From positions 1-40,842 of the IMG/VR virus record IMGVR_UViG_3300034155_000007: a stretch of 40,842 bases of DNA; one strand, given 5' to 3'. Made by a program: the position numbers and the translations under genes. The stretch is from a virus (lineage: Duplodnaviria > Caudoviricetes). Shown one piece after another: positions 25,221 through 34,680 of the stretch; within the stretch, counting starts at the first letter, position 1, and the number at the start of each line of letters is the position of its first letter. Under the pieces are notes generated by a model, which searched no databases, was not told the DNA's origin, and was given only the letters and a program-made list of their open reading frames with translations.

Positions 25221-26476
25221 CGGCGGCGGTAGTAGAGGTTCTCGTCGATGTAATCCACCAGCGCGTTGCCGCCGGCCTCGATGCGGATGATGGCCGGCTG
25301 GCCGCCGCCCAGCATGGACGCCGCCGCGCTCAGGGACGGGACGATGGTGCCCCGCTCGGATGGCACGAACACCTCCGGGCGGCGCTCGCCGACAATGAGC
25401 GGCACGCCGGCCGGAGCCGGTCCGCCCACGGCCCGCGTCTGGAACCGTGGCCCGGTCACGGTGGTCGGCCCGCCGCGGAGCTGGTTTACCTTGTCGGTTG
25501 GCGCGGTCAGCATGTCGGTCAGGTCTTGCACCCACTGGATCGCGTCCTGGATCGCGCCGATGATGTCGCCGATCACGTCGAACACGCCGCTGAGGATGTC
25601 GCCGACCGTCCCGAACACGGTGGAGATGATCGGACCCAGCTTGGTTCGGATCGGTTCCGTCGCGTCCCAGAAATCACCGAGGATGTCGATGAGGCCGACG
25701 AACGCATCCGCGACCAACGGCACGACCACCTGCGAAACCTGGTCGATAATCGCGCCGACCTTCTCCATCGACTCCTGGACCTTGGTATTCGACACGGCCA
25801 GCCGGCCCTCGTTCGTCTGAGCCCACGCCTCGGCTGATCCGGCCACGTTGCGCTGGATGGCGTCCAGCAGGCCCGCAGCGTCCGTCAGGCCGGCCGTGTC
25901 GATGCCGAGCGACTTGAGCGCCTTGCCGTTGCCCTGGGCGGCCTTGGTCACGATGTCGCTGGCTTCGGCCAGGCTGATGTTCTTCGCCCGCGCCAAGTCC
26001 TGCGCGATGCTGTTCAGCCGCATGGCCTCGGTCTGGTCGTGGGTGATGCCGACCAACTGGCCGAGTGATTCGCGGACCTCATCGTCGCTGAACGCGAGCC
26101 GGCCCTGCGCCGTGGCGTACTCCTCCACGGCCGCGGTGCTGCCATCCCAAGCCGGGACGTTGTTCTCCAGCGCGAGCGCTAGTTGCGTGGCGGATACCTG
26201 ATCCTGGAGGAACGCCTCGTGCGCCTCGTCGAGCTTGCCGATCGCGCCCGAGATGGCGCTGTCCAGAATGCCGAAGGCGGCACCCGCCAGCTTCACTCCG
26301 GCCCCGGCGATGATCCCGCCCTTGAAGATGTCCATGCCCTTGATCCGCGCCCGGATGCCACCCGACATCGCCGTACCGGCGGCCTCGCCCGCCTTCGTGC
26401 CCTGCACCTTGGCGGCCGCAACGAGGTCGTTTCCCTTGAGCTCCAGGGACATCCAGACATCGCCGATGTTCGCCAT
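25217..26476 (-). CDS. Tape measure protein (short)
   Basis: Ala/Gly-rich helical repeats; C-terminal RA.GGP...IVGE.RPEVFVP...G.I.P motif. Confidence 0.88.
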   Translation of the reverse strand: MANIGDVWMSLELKGNDLVAAAKVQGTKAGEAAGTAMSGGIRARIKGMDIFKGGIIAGAGVKLAGAAFGILDSAISGAIGKLDEAHEAFLQDQVSATQLALALENNVPAWDGSTAAVEEYATAQGRLAFSDDEVRESLGQLVGITHDQTEAMRLNSIAQDLARAKNISLAEASDIVTKAAQGNGKALKSLGIDTAGLTDAAGLLDAIQRNVAGSAEAWAQTNEGRLAVSNTKVQESMEKVGAIIDQVSQVVVPLVADAFVGLIDILGDFWDATEPIRTKLGPIISTVFGTVGDILSGVFDVIGDIIGAIQDAIQWVQDLTDMLTAPTDKVNQLRGGPTTVTGPRFQTRAVGGPAPAGVPLIVGERRPEVFVPSERGTIVPSLSAAASMLGGGQPAIIRIEAGGNALVDYIDENLYYRRR

Positions 26477-26941
26477 TCAGCCCTTGCCCTTCTTCGCTTG
26501 AGCCGACCAGAGCGAACGCGGTTGCAGGTTGCGTGGGCGGGGAACGCCCTTGAGGAACTCGGGGTGGGTCAGGAGGAGGCCGCTCATCGCCGTCTCAAGC
26601 GCCTTTCCGGTGAGGCCCACCTGGCGCTTCGATGCCTTGGCGCGATGGCGCTGCCACTCACGGTTGGCCTTCTTGCTGTTGGCGATGACGTAGCCCGTCC
26701 GGACGGCCTCGACAGCCTCGAGGAACCTCGTCTCGGCGGCTCGGGCCAGCCGGGCCTCGGCAGCGTGTAGGTAGGCGTAGAAGAGTTCATGGCTCAAGGT
26801 CGCCTGGATGTACGGCGCCGACCACCCGTACTCGGATGCGAACCATTCGTAGCCGCGGATGCGACCGTCGAGGGCGTCAGCTTCATCCGCCCCGGCCTTC
26901 TCTGCCCGGTTAGCGCACTCAGGGCACTTACCGCTAAAGGG
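26477..26941 (-). CDS. Tail assembly chaperone, frameshift extension (gpGT-like)
   Basis: The -1 frame is open from slippery C CCT TTA (26941-26935) through YEWFASEYGWS to the stop at 26477. Confidence 0.75.
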   Translation of the reverse strand, partial: PFSGKCPECANRAEKAGADEADALDGRIRGYEWFASEYGWSAPYIQATLSHELFYAYLHAAEARLARAAETRFLEAVEAVRTGYVIANSKKANREWQRHRAKASKRQVGLTGKALETAMSGLLLTHPEFLKGVPRPRNLQPRSLWSAQAKKGKG

Positions 26942-27309
26942 TCGCCGCCAACCGCCCTAACCTCCCTGATCGCCATGATGATGTCCTGCTGCGTGGCGAT
27001 CTCGCGGATCTCGTCCAGTGGCGGCAGAACCTTGTCGCGGTCGTAGGCGATTAGGGCTTCGAGCATCTGGTCGCGGTTCGACCGGAACGCGCTCGACAGT
27101 GCGCGGATGACGCCCGGGCCTTGTACGGGGACGGCCTCGAACGACGCCTGCATGGAGGCGTCCATCGCGTCCTGCCAACGGTCGTGGGGTCCCATCGGGA
27201 GGACCGCCATGACGAATGGCCGCCCTCCCAACGTGAACCGGATGACGCCCGCCAGGACATCATCGACCGACCGCTCGGCTGGCGGAAGCTGCTCGATGTC
27301 GGCGACCAT
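26794..27309 (-). CDS. Tail assembly chaperone (gpG-like)
   Basis: Between the tail tube and tape measure genes; contains the slippery site. Confidence 0.8.
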   Translation of the reverse strand: MVADIEQLPPAERSVDDVLAGVIRFTLGGRPFVMAVLPMGPHDRWQDAMDASMQASFEAVPVQGPGVIRALSSAFRSNRDQMLEALIAYDRDKVLPPLDEIREIATQQDIIMAIREVRAVGGDPLAVSALSALTGQRRPGRMKLTPSTVASAATNGSHPSTGGRRRTSRRP

Positions 27310-27822
27310 CTACGAACCGAGGGCGGAGATTCGGAAGCCGTGGGGCGAGGTCGTCAGGTCGGCCGGGTCCCATCGGGAATGGAGCTCCAGCCGGGGCTTC
27401 ATGGTCCCGTCGTCCTGCGCCGATGCCTCGATGGAACCGAGGTTGATGGCGTTCTCACAGAAGAACCCGAACTCGTTGACGAACCCCGGCACGACGAGCT
27501 CCCAGTCCACGTATGCCCCCGGCGCCATGCGTACGGCACCGTCGAACCTGATCTCGTCGCCGGTCAGGGCGGATCCCGGCCACAAGGCGGCCAGCGTGGT
27601 CGCACTGATCTCGGGCAACGAACTCTCGAGGACTCCCTCCTCGTCCTGCACGTAGTCGGTGCCCATCAAGCCACCAGGGACACCGTTCAGCGGTGGTGTG
27701 AAATAGGTCCGCTCGATGCGGAACACGTTGGCATCCTCGGACGCCCCGAGGTCGGCCGTTGCCCGGAGCAGGTTGCCTGCTCCCACTACGAGGTTGCTCG
27801 GCGTGCTAGCCGTCACTCCCAT
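27310..27822 (-). CDS. Major tail tube protein
   Basis: Position; TP.NLVVGAG...LGA N-terminus; AGGAG RBS. Confidence 0.75.
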   Translation of the reverse strand: MGVTASTPSNLVVGAGNLLRATADLGASEDANVFRIERTYFTPPLNGVPGGLMGTDYVQDEEGVLESSLPEISATTLAALWPGSALTGDEIRFDGAVRMAPGAYVDWELVVPGFVNEFGFFCENAINLGSIEASAQDDGTMKPRLELHSRWDPADLTTSPHGFRISALGS

Positions 27823-27834
27823 GTCGTTCTCCTG

Positions 27835-28215
27835 CTACAGATAGACCCGGCGATTTGCGCGGGACCCGGTGTACCAACCCAACAGATCCGATTTGCGCCG
27901 CAGCGCAAGCCGGCCCGTGGGCAATCCGCGGAGTGTGTCGAACGAGATGTCCCGAACCGCCGCCATCTCACAGTCGAGGCAGCGTTCGATGAGCAGCTCG
28001 CGGGTGCCGTAGAAGCCGTTGAGCCACCCGACGAGACGGTGGTTGCCCTCGCCACAATCCGGCCGGTAGCCCGCGAACCGGAGCGGCGTCAGAACCTTGG
28101 CGTTGCGGAGCACCCGCAGAAGCACGCTCATCGAGGGAGGAAGGATCGAGCGGACGGGGTGATACATGGCCCGCTGGCCCTCGATCACCACGACCTTGGC
28201 TTCTGTCTGTTCCAT
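27835..28215 (-). CDS. Hypothetical protein
   Basis: GAGGAG RBS; C...H...CLDC motif. Confidence 0.65.
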   Translation of the reverse strand: MEQTEAKVVVIEGQRAMYHPVRSILPPSMSVLLRVLRNAKVLTPLRFAGYRPDCGEGNHRLVGWLNGFYGTRELLIERCLDCEMAAVRDISFDTLRGLPTGRLALRRKSDLLGWYTGSRANRRVYL

Positions 28216-28254
28216 CTTCTCCTCGGTCGAGTCCAGCCATTGACCGGACCCGCC

Positions 28255-28698
28255 TTACGCCGCTACGACCTGGGTCGTTGCGAGTAGTTCGATCAATCCG
28301 TCTTCGTAGGGCTGCCCGGTATCGGGGTCGAGCGCGGCCCCGTTGTCTTCGATGACGCGGCTGTTCCAGATGCCGATGCCCGACCCGTTGAGCCGGGGGT
28401 TGAGGTTGTGGGCGGCATCAGAGACGACGCCGTAGAACGCGGTCGCGTCCTGGGGAGTGAGGCCGTAGACGCGGAAGCCGAACATGACGGTCTGCACGGC
28501 ATTGCGGGCGAGCCGCCGGCCACCTTGGCGGAACAGCACGACGAAGCGGTGCTTGTACCGCTTCTTCCCGGTCGCCGCGTCGATGACCCATTCCGCGTCA
28601 CCGGGTCCCGGTTCGTCGGCCCGGATGCGCGTCGAGATCGCCGCCACGGCCGCGTCGTCGCGGATGCTGGTCAGCAGGAAGCCGGTCGGGTCAACCAC
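28255..28698 (-). CDS. Tail terminator/completion protein
   Basis: Position; DPDTGQP motif near the C-terminus. Confidence 0.65.
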   Translation of the reverse strand: MVDPTGFLLTSIRDDAAVAAISTRIRADEPGPGDAEWVIDAATGKKRYKHRFVVLFRQGGRRLARNAVQTVMFGFRVYGLTPQDATAFYGVVSDAAHNLNPRLNGSGIGIWNSRVIEDNGAALDPDTGQPYEDGLIELLATTQVVAA

Positions 28699-29128
28699 GG
28701 AGCCGCGCCAGTCGAGGTCGGCAGAACTCCTGCATCAGCCCACCCGCCATCGGCACGATCTGGTCGCGCGCCCGGGCAAGGAACGGATTGGCCCGGTTGT
28801 GGATCGAGCCGTTGTGGACGAACCGGCCAGGGAAGCCATAGCCGACGATCGCAGCGATGCCGGGACGCGGGAGCTTGGCCGCCCGCGGCTTCTGGATTTG
28901 CCGAGGCCCGGTCGAGCCCTCGGGAATCGTTGTCGAGTCTGCGACCTTCTTCCCATCGACGAACGCGATGACCCCGCCGGCATTCACCAGTCCCGCCCCG
29001 AACGGCGTCAGGTCCGGCGGGTCCGCAACATCGAGGATGTGCTGCCCGATCTCGAACACCCCGTCTGCCAGGATGAGCCGGACCTTGTCGACGACCGAAC
29101 GGTTGATCACGACGCGCTTCGTATACAT
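28691..29128 (-). CDS. HK97 gp10-like neck protein
   Basis: FVHNGS...ANPFL..A motif; position. Confidence 0.65.
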   Translation of the reverse strand: MYTKRVVINRSVVDKVRLILADGVFEIGQHILDVADPPDLTPFGAGLVNAGGVIAFVDGKKVADSTTIPEGSTGPRQIQKPRAAKLPRPGIAAIVGYGFPGRFVHNGSIHNRANPFLARARDQIVPMAGGLMQEFCRPRLARLRG

Positions 29129-29319
29129 CAGTCGGACTCTTCGGGTTCGGTCGGCGGTTCGGTGTACGGAATGAGCGAGATCGTCGCCATGAAGCCGTCG
29201 GGGACCTCGAAGCGCACGACACGACTGGTCGGACGGTCAGGAGCCTCGGCCTCGGGCTCGAGGGGCGTGTGGCGGAACTCGGTCGTGGCACCGTTCGTCC
29301 CGCGGCGGATCAGGGTCAC
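29128..29319 (-). CDS. Hypothetical protein
   Basis: Coupled overlaps at both ends. Confidence 0.55.
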   Translation of the reverse strand: MTLIRRGTNGATTEFRHTPLEPEAEAPDRPTSRVVRFEVPDGFMATISLIPYTEPPTEPEESD

Positions 29320-29696
29320 GACCCCTCCTCGTCTTCGGGCAGGGAGCTGTCAGCGGTAAACCGTTTGGCATCGACCTCGAGATGCGGGACGCTGCCGAAC
29401 TCGTAGCGCCGGATGCCGACGATCTCGTACGACTCACGGCCACCCGTGACCAGCCGGTCGATGCGGTCCCGCTCTGACAAAGCCACGGGCGCCATGAAGA
29501 TGACGTGATCCGCCGTCACGACACCGGCCTGCGACAGCAACTCCGCCTCACGGATACGGCGCGGCTGGACGAGCCCCGCGACAGCGGCAGCCATCGCGTA
29601 ATCGACGGCGGGCTGGCCGCGGTCGTCGATGTCGCCCTCATCGAACGTCGGGTGCCAGATTTCGAGGGAGTGGGTCAACAGCCCTGCGAAGCTCAC
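29316..29696 (-). CDS. Head-closure (stopper) protein
   Basis: DDRGQP, DRI...YEIVG and HLEV motifs; GTGA start. Confidence 0.75.
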   Translation of the reverse strand: MSFAGLLTHSLEIWHPTFDEGDIDDRGQPAVDYAMAAAVAGLVQPRRIREAELLSQAGVVTADHVIFMAPVALSERDRIDRLVTGGRESYEIVGIRRYEFGSVPHLEVDAKRFTADSSLPEDEEGS

Positions 29697-30586
29697 CAGA
29701 CCGCCTCCACGACGGCCCCAGCGCGGCTGGAGCTCGGGACACGGACTGGGATCGAGCCAGCCGTGGGCGGCTCCCGGAGACTGCGCACCAACGCGCGCCG
29801 CGAGGAGTAGGCGGACGCCGCTCCATCGCCCAGGTCGTAGCTGTAGTCGCCGATACTCTCGGACTTGAAGCCGGGCGTCACGCCGCCGGCAGCGATCGTC
29901 AGACGGATGAGATCGATCAGGACGGATCTGACTTCGGCATCGTCGGTCGGGGTGTAGGTGACGGTTACCGGACCGATGAACGAGCCGGCGCCGAGGTTCT
30001 TGGCGACACGCCAGCCGTCGTGGGTCAGGATGACATCGGTGATCGCGGCGTCGTTGTCGGTGACCTCGACGACATCGGTTGGGCGCCGGAGCCGGACCTC
30101 GTACTGCACGCGGCGGTAGCCCGCCAGCGGGAACGTCTCGGTCCGCTCTCCGATGAGCTGGCCGATCCGCCGGGCCAACCACGCTTCCTCCCGACCGATG
30201 ATGTCGCCGAGCTGTTCGTCGGTCAGCGTCGTCGAAACGAGCGCCCGAACGTCGTCGACGGGCGTGACGTGCGGAGTGACCGAACCCTCCTCGACCACCT
30301 CGACCGAATCGGATCCGCCGTAGGCGAGCCCATCAACATCGCCAGTTGCCGCCCAGTCCGCGTCATAGCGGCCGAGATCCGTCCCGGCCGGAACGCTCCA
30401 TGCGTACGTATAGGTGCCGAGGCTCACCCGGACGACGGGCGGGAGCGCGACGGGGAACCCGGTCAGCACGTCGCCGTCGGGATCGGCGATGGTCAGGGTC
30501 ACGTCGGCGCAGTCGACCAGGGTATCCGCCGCATTGCGGAAGATGCCGGTCCAGGTGTACGAGGTTCCGCGGGCGACCTGGGTCAC
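29693..30586 (-). CDS. Head-tail adaptor with an extra N-terminal Ig-like domain
   Basis: C-terminal KSESIGDYSY adaptor motif; N-terminal LTI.DPDG...G.Y.Y.W.VP....GRY...W beta-sandwich. Confidence 0.75.
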   Translation of the reverse strand: MTQVARGTSYTWTGIFRNAADTLVDCADVTLTIADPDGDVLTGFPVALPPVVRVSLGTYTYAWSVPAGTDLGRYDADWAATGDVDGLAYGGSDSVEVVEEGSVTPHVTPVDDVRALVSTTLTDEQLGDIIGREEAWLARRIGQLIGERTETFPLAGYRRVQYEVRLRRPTDVVEVTDNDAAITDVILTHDGWRVAKNLGAGSFIGPVTVTYTPTDDAEVRSVLIDLIRLTIAAGGVTPGFKSESIGDYSYDLGDGAASAYSSRRALVRSLREPPTAGSIPVRVPSSSRAGAVVEAVW

Positions 30587-30609
30587 GCCTCAGCCTCCAT
30601 GATGAAGGG

Positions 30610-30641
30610 GCGAGGAGGTCGCAACATGCCGACCTCCTCGC
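30610..30641 (-). terminator. Hairpin downstream of the capsid gene
   Basis: 12-bp perfect stem GCGAGGAGGTCG/CGACCTCCTCGC with 8-nt loop; no U-tract. Confidence 0.55.
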
Positions 30642-30651
30642 TGACTTCTGC

Positions 30652-31599
30652 CTACGAAGCGGCCGGCGTAAGCACCGCGAACGGGTAGGCGCTGGCCCCG
30701 CCGTCCTTGGTTGCCGTCTCCGCCGTCTGGAAGCCGACACGCATCTTGAACCGGAGGCCCAGGAGGTCGTGCTCGGCGAGGGAGACCAGCGTGCCACCGA
30801 TCGTGACCGCAGCCTGGTCGAGGAACTTGTACGTGATGTCCTGGCGAATGCCGAGGATCGCGTACCGCGGATCGCCCACGACCAGCGTGGCCTCGGCTGT
30901 GTCCCACGCCCCGTTGGTCACGTAGTTCACGTTGATGCCGAAGAGGCCAGGCACCCGGACACCCGACTCACTGAGCGGGAAGTCCCAGATCGGGGAGTTG
31001 TTGTCGTCGCGCAGGCCGCGCACGCGCGTCTGCAAGGTCCGGCGAGCGTAGATCGCCGTGGGATCGTAGCCGTCGGCGAGGACCAGGCCGATCGCCTGGT
31101 TGATGTCCTCGGCCAGGTCGATCGTGGACGTTCCTTCGGCGTACGTGTTGCCGGCCGCGATGGCGTCAGGAACGATGCCGTCCGGCCACGAGGTCGGAGC
31201 GTTGGTGCCGAAGAACACGGCCGCGTCGAGCGTCTGCCCGACCGCTTCGGCGATGCGGGGCTTGATCTCGTCCCACAGGTCGAAGTCGTTGGAGGCGTCG
31301 TCGATGACGTTCTCCGGGATCACGACGATCCCGCCGATCTCCTCGGCCTCGAGGACGCGATCCGTCCAGACCTGGGCGGTGGTCGGCTTCAACGAGGTCG
31401 CATCGTCGGCATCCTCGCCGGCCACGAAGGACGCGGTTGGGAGGGTGGCGATGACCGGGTAGCGGACCTGCTTGGTGCCCATGTCGACCTTGCGGAAGGT
31501 CCGCAGGGCCGCGCTGAACTCCGGCACCGCCTGCCAGATTTCACGGGCGTTCTGACGATTGATGAGTGCGAGGGCGTCGGCCCTCGAGATGTCGGCCAT
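30652..31599 (-). CDS. Major capsid protein (HK97 fold)
   Basis: A.FV.GE, LEAEEIG.IV.IPE..IDD, LDAAVFFG and GIRQDI motifs. Confidence 0.93.
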   Translation of the reverse strand: MADISRADALALINRQNAREIWQAVPEFSAALRTFRKVDMGTKQVRYPVIATLPTASFVAGEDADDATSLKPTTAQVWTDRVLEAEEIGGIVVIPENVIDDASNDFDLWDEIKPRIAEAVGQTLDAAVFFGTNAPTSWPDGIVPDAIAAGNTYAEGTSTIDLAEDINQAIGLVLADGYDPTAIYARRTLQTRVRGLRDDNNSPIWDFPLSESGVRVPGLFGINVNYVTNGAWDTAEATLVVGDPRYAILGIRQDITYKFLDQAAVTIGGTLVSLAEHDLLGLRFKMRVGFQTAETATKDGGASAYPFAVLTPAAS

Positions 31600-31675
31600 G
31601 AGTCTCTCCCGCGAGTAGGGAGGAACCGGCTCCGGCCCTAACTCGCATTCAGGCCGGTCGGGATCTTAGACAGTG

Positions 31676-32245
31676 CTAACCGCCGCGGGCAGCCCGCAGC
31701 AGTTCGTTCATTCCTGGGGTGTTGGGGGGCGTCCGTCCACGAGGTCCGCCACCGAAGTCCGGGGCACCGGCCGGCTTGCCGAGGTACGGCTCGCGGGCGA
31801 GCAGCTCGTTCAGGAGCTTCTCGACGTTGCGAGGCGTGCCGTCGTCCTTGAACTCCAGGGCCGCGTGATCGAGCGCGCGGTAGGCGAGTTCGGGACTGCG
31901 GAAGCCGAGGCGAGCGGCGGTATCGAGGACGGCCATGCGAACGGTGTTCTCCGTGGCGGAGGCGATGAGATCGGCCTTCTCCCGTTCGAGTTCGGCGATC
32001 CGCTCGGTAGCCTTTTGGGCTTCGGTCTTGTCCGCGTCCTGGTAAGCCTTGAGCTCCAGGATGAGCTTCTTCTCGCGCCTCTCGGCAGCTTCGCGCTGCT
32101 CACGTTCGCTCTTGAGAGCCGCTAGACCGGGTTCGCCAAGCTTGTCCGCGTCTGCCGTCGCGGCAGCGGGGAGGGGAGCTTCGGGTTCTGTTGGCATCGC
32201 GCCCGGAGTGGCAGGCGTCGCGCCTGCATCCGTTTCGTCAGTCAT
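31676..32245 (-). CDS. Capsid scaffolding protein
   Basis: LGEPG.AALKSER coiled coil, acidic N-terminus, MNELLRAARG C-terminus; directly upstream of the capsid gene. Confidence 0.85.
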   Translation of the reverse strand: MTDETDAGATPATPGAMPTEPEAPLPAAATADADKLGEPGLAALKSEREQREAAERREKKLILELKAYQDADKTEAQKATERIAELEREKADLIASATENTVRMAVLDTAARLGFRSPELAYRALDHAALEFKDDGTPRNVEKLLNELLAREPYLGKPAGAPDFGGGPRGRTPPNTPGMNELLRAARGG

Positions 32246-32328
32246 CGTGGTCCTATCTGCCTCCTCTGTCAATAGCGTGAATGGATGATGTTCCGACGCA
32301 TCAATAGGCCGTACCGACCCCGCTGCTT

Positions 32329-32436
32329 CTACTCAGGATCACGATCCCGCATGAGGTGGAGGAATAGCCAAACGCAACCGACGGCGACCGTCGCCGGCCC
32401 AAAGATGAGGAAGACCGCAGAAACGATGACATCCAT
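32329..32436 (-). CDS. Small single-TM protein (35 aa)
   Basis: MDVIVSAVFLIFGPATVAVGCVWLF; ATG 2 nt after the upstream stop. Confidence 0.5.
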   Translation of the reverse strand: MDVIVSAVFLIFGPATVAVGCVWLFLHLMRDRDPE

Positions 32437-32438
32437 GC

Positions 32439-34412
32439 TCAATACCCAACCCCGACTCGTTCCTGCCCGACGTGCTCGACCCACGGTGGGCCGGCTTTCG
32501 CTCCCCACAGCCCGACCTTGGCCCGCCGGTCCCGGAACAGCCGCCGGCTGAAATGGTGCTCGGAGTTCGGCACCGCCGGCCACTGGCGCTGCAAGACTTC
32601 GACCAGCGCCCGGCGCACGAGGTGGGGTTGCAACGAGTAGAACTGGCGGTGCTCAACCCACGTCGAGCCGTTGGTGCCGTGCTCGGTGAACAGCGCCGGG
32701 TCAAAGCGTTCGATCATCCCGCCCGCCGCGACCTCTGAGGGAAACCACGCCTGCCGCTTGAGCACCATCTGCTTGATGTCGTCGTCGGCGTCCATGACGC
32801 GGACCATCGCGGGCACGTCGATCGGCCGTTGGTACACCAGGTCATCCTCGGACCAGATCAGCCACTCGGCCTCAATCTTGGCAGCGGCAGCAAGGGCAAA
32901 CCGCACAGCTCCCGCGTGACCGAGCCGGCGGTGGCCGAGCACCGTCCAGCCGGGGAACTGCGACTGGAGCCACGTCACATAGGCCGGGTCCCCGGAGTCG
33001 TCGCAGATGATCCGCTCACTGAACGGGCCGGCCATCTCCTCGAGCGATGGGATGGTTTGGGCGATGCACTCCCGCCGGCCGTCGGTGATGACCACGGCGC
33101 CCACTTCCGGGGGTCTGGGCGGCTTGCCGTCGCGTTCGTCGAGGAGCGCCTGCACCTGCGCCTTGCGGGTGGCCCGTTCGTACCGGTGGCCGAGCGCGAT
33201 GTTCGCCAGGTACTGCGGATTGTCGGTCGAGCGGTCCGGCGTCTTCTCGTGCCACAGGTGATGCACCTGCCCCGCGAACTCGTGATAGCCGCCGAACGCG
33301 CGGCAGGCCATCTCGAAGGCGGTGTCCTCCCAGCCCCACCCGCGGAAGCGTTCGTCGTACCCGCCCACGGCATCGAACAGCCGGCGCGATACGATGTTGA
33401 CCCCGCCGTGCGCCACCCCCGAGCGGAGCACCGCGACTCTGCCCGACATGGGTACGGTGCCGGTCCGCATGATCGCGTCGGCGCTCTGTTCGTCGGTCAT
33501 CACGTAGCGGTTGTATGGTCGGACGAACTGCCCGGAGCGGGCGGCCAGCGTGACCGCCTTGCGGACCTGATCGTGGTCGAACATGACGGTATCGGCGTCC
33601 ACGAACACCGCCACCTCCCAGTCGCCCGCCTTCCGCGCCGCGGCGTTCCTAGCAGCAGCGGCGTTGAACGGTCCGTCCGGAGACTCGCCCTCGAAGATCG
33701 GATAGCCGAGCGCCGACCAGTGCTTGCGGACGAACGCCCACGCCGCGTCACGCCTCCCGCCATCGGAGCGGTAGGGGACCAGGATCGCGGCCTTGACCGG
33801 ATACAGGTAGTTGGTCGAGGCCCAGAAGTGCTCCGAGTAGCTGACCTCTCCACCCGGAACGGGGCGCCCCTTGGCATCGGTCGCGTAGAACGTCCGCGGC
33901 GGCAGGATCAGCGGCTTGCAGCATTGCCGGTGGGCCAGCACGGCAGCGGTCAGGCCGGTCCCGCCCGAGGTATCCCACGGCTCATCGAGCGATGGCATCT
34001 CGGACACGAGCCGGGCGTAGGTCTCGAGGATCGGGTGCCCCTTCTCCGCGCCGATGGTGCCGTTGGCGATCCTGCCCGGGAGTGAGGGAGTCGGCTCGTA
34101 GCCCGCGAAGAACCCGGCTGCCATGAACGGGGCGCCGTCGAACGAGCGGAGCGGCTTGGAATCCACGTCCACGTAGACCCCGCCCTCGGCTCGCAGGATC
34201 TCCACCCGGGCGATGTCCGAAGCACCGTGCCAGCAGCCCTTGGCAAGCTGTTCGTCGAAGTGCTTGCGGTTGACCATCGTGAGCTTGGCGAGGTCGGCTT
34301 CGCGCCACAGCTTGACCGTCCACGTCTGATGGGCTGTGCGCCACGCCTCGATCCAGTCGGTCGGGACCGGACGCGGGCCGAGCCAAATGTGGTGGAGAAC
34401 GGTGGGGATCAC
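32439..34412 (-). CDS. Three-domain glycosyltransferase (GT32/OCH1-like + GT2/GT7C-like + GT2-like)
   Basis: IP..LHHIWLG...SD..R..IL...GGVYVDVD; VPYR...ARN...VDAD...GGYDERFRGWGWED; ITDGR...DDSGD...EDD. Confidence 0.88.
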   Translation of the reverse strand: MIPTVLHHIWLGPRPVPTDWIEAWRTAHQTWTVKLWREADLAKLTMVNRKHFDEQLAKGCWHGASDIARVEILRAEGGVYVDVDSKPLRSFDGAPFMAAGFFAGYEPTPSLPGRIANGTIGAEKGHPILETYARLVSEMPSLDEPWDTSGGTGLTAAVLAHRQCCKPLILPPRTFYATDAKGRPVPGGEVSYSEHFWASTNYLYPVKAAILVPYRSDGGRRDAAWAFVRKHWSALGYPIFEGESPDGPFNAAAARNAAARKAGDWEVAVFVDADTVMFDHDQVRKAVTLAARSGQFVRPYNRYVMTDEQSADAIMRTGTVPMSGRVAVLRSGVAHGGVNIVSRRLFDAVGGYDERFRGWGWEDTAFEMACRAFGGYHEFAGQVHHLWHEKTPDRSTDNPQYLANIALGHRYERATRKAQVQALLDERDGKPPRPPEVGAVVITDGRRECIAQTIPSLEEMAGPFSERIICDDSGDPAYVTWLQSQFPGWTVLGHRRLGHAGAVRFALAAAAKIEAEWLIWSEDDLVYQRPIDVPAMVRVMDADDDIKQMVLKRQAWFPSEVAAGGMIERFDPALFTEHGTNGSTWVEHRQFYSLQPHLVRRALVEVLQRQWPAVPNSEHHFSRRLFRDRRAKVGLWGAKAGPPWVEHVGQERVGVGY

Positions 34413-34429
34413 GGGTGTACACTTCCGGC

Positions 34430-34678
34430 ATGAAAGTCGTCAAACGACGCGTCGTCGACTACGACTGGGGCGACAACCAGACCTACCGATTCCATGTGTG
34501 GTTCGCTGCCGAGTTCAAAGAACCGCCAGAAGAGGTCCACGATCCCGGGCTTGGCGGACCATTGGGCGGTTACCTGGTGGATCAGTTCATGACTAGGGAC
34601 GAGGCCGACGCCTTCGCCGCCGGCAGACCGTCGATAGTCATCACCGAAAATCCGCATTGGCGGGCGCGTCGCAACTAG
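34430..34678 (+). CDS. Small hypothetical protein, antisense within the late operon
   Basis: G/C-ending codons, natural composition, TACACT 6 nt before the ATG. Confidence 0.6.
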   Translation: MKVVKRRVVDYDWGDNQTYRFHVWFAAEFKEPPEEVHDPGLGGPLGGYLVDQFMTRDEADAFAAGRPSIVITENPHWRARRN

Positions 34679-34680
34679 CG

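Noticed and set aside
30583-30627. 14-aa micro-ORF (MLRPPRPFIMEAEA) with GAGGAGG upstream
   Set aside because: The apparent RBS is one arm of the 12-bp hairpin after the capsid gene, which explains the sequence better; not fully excluded.
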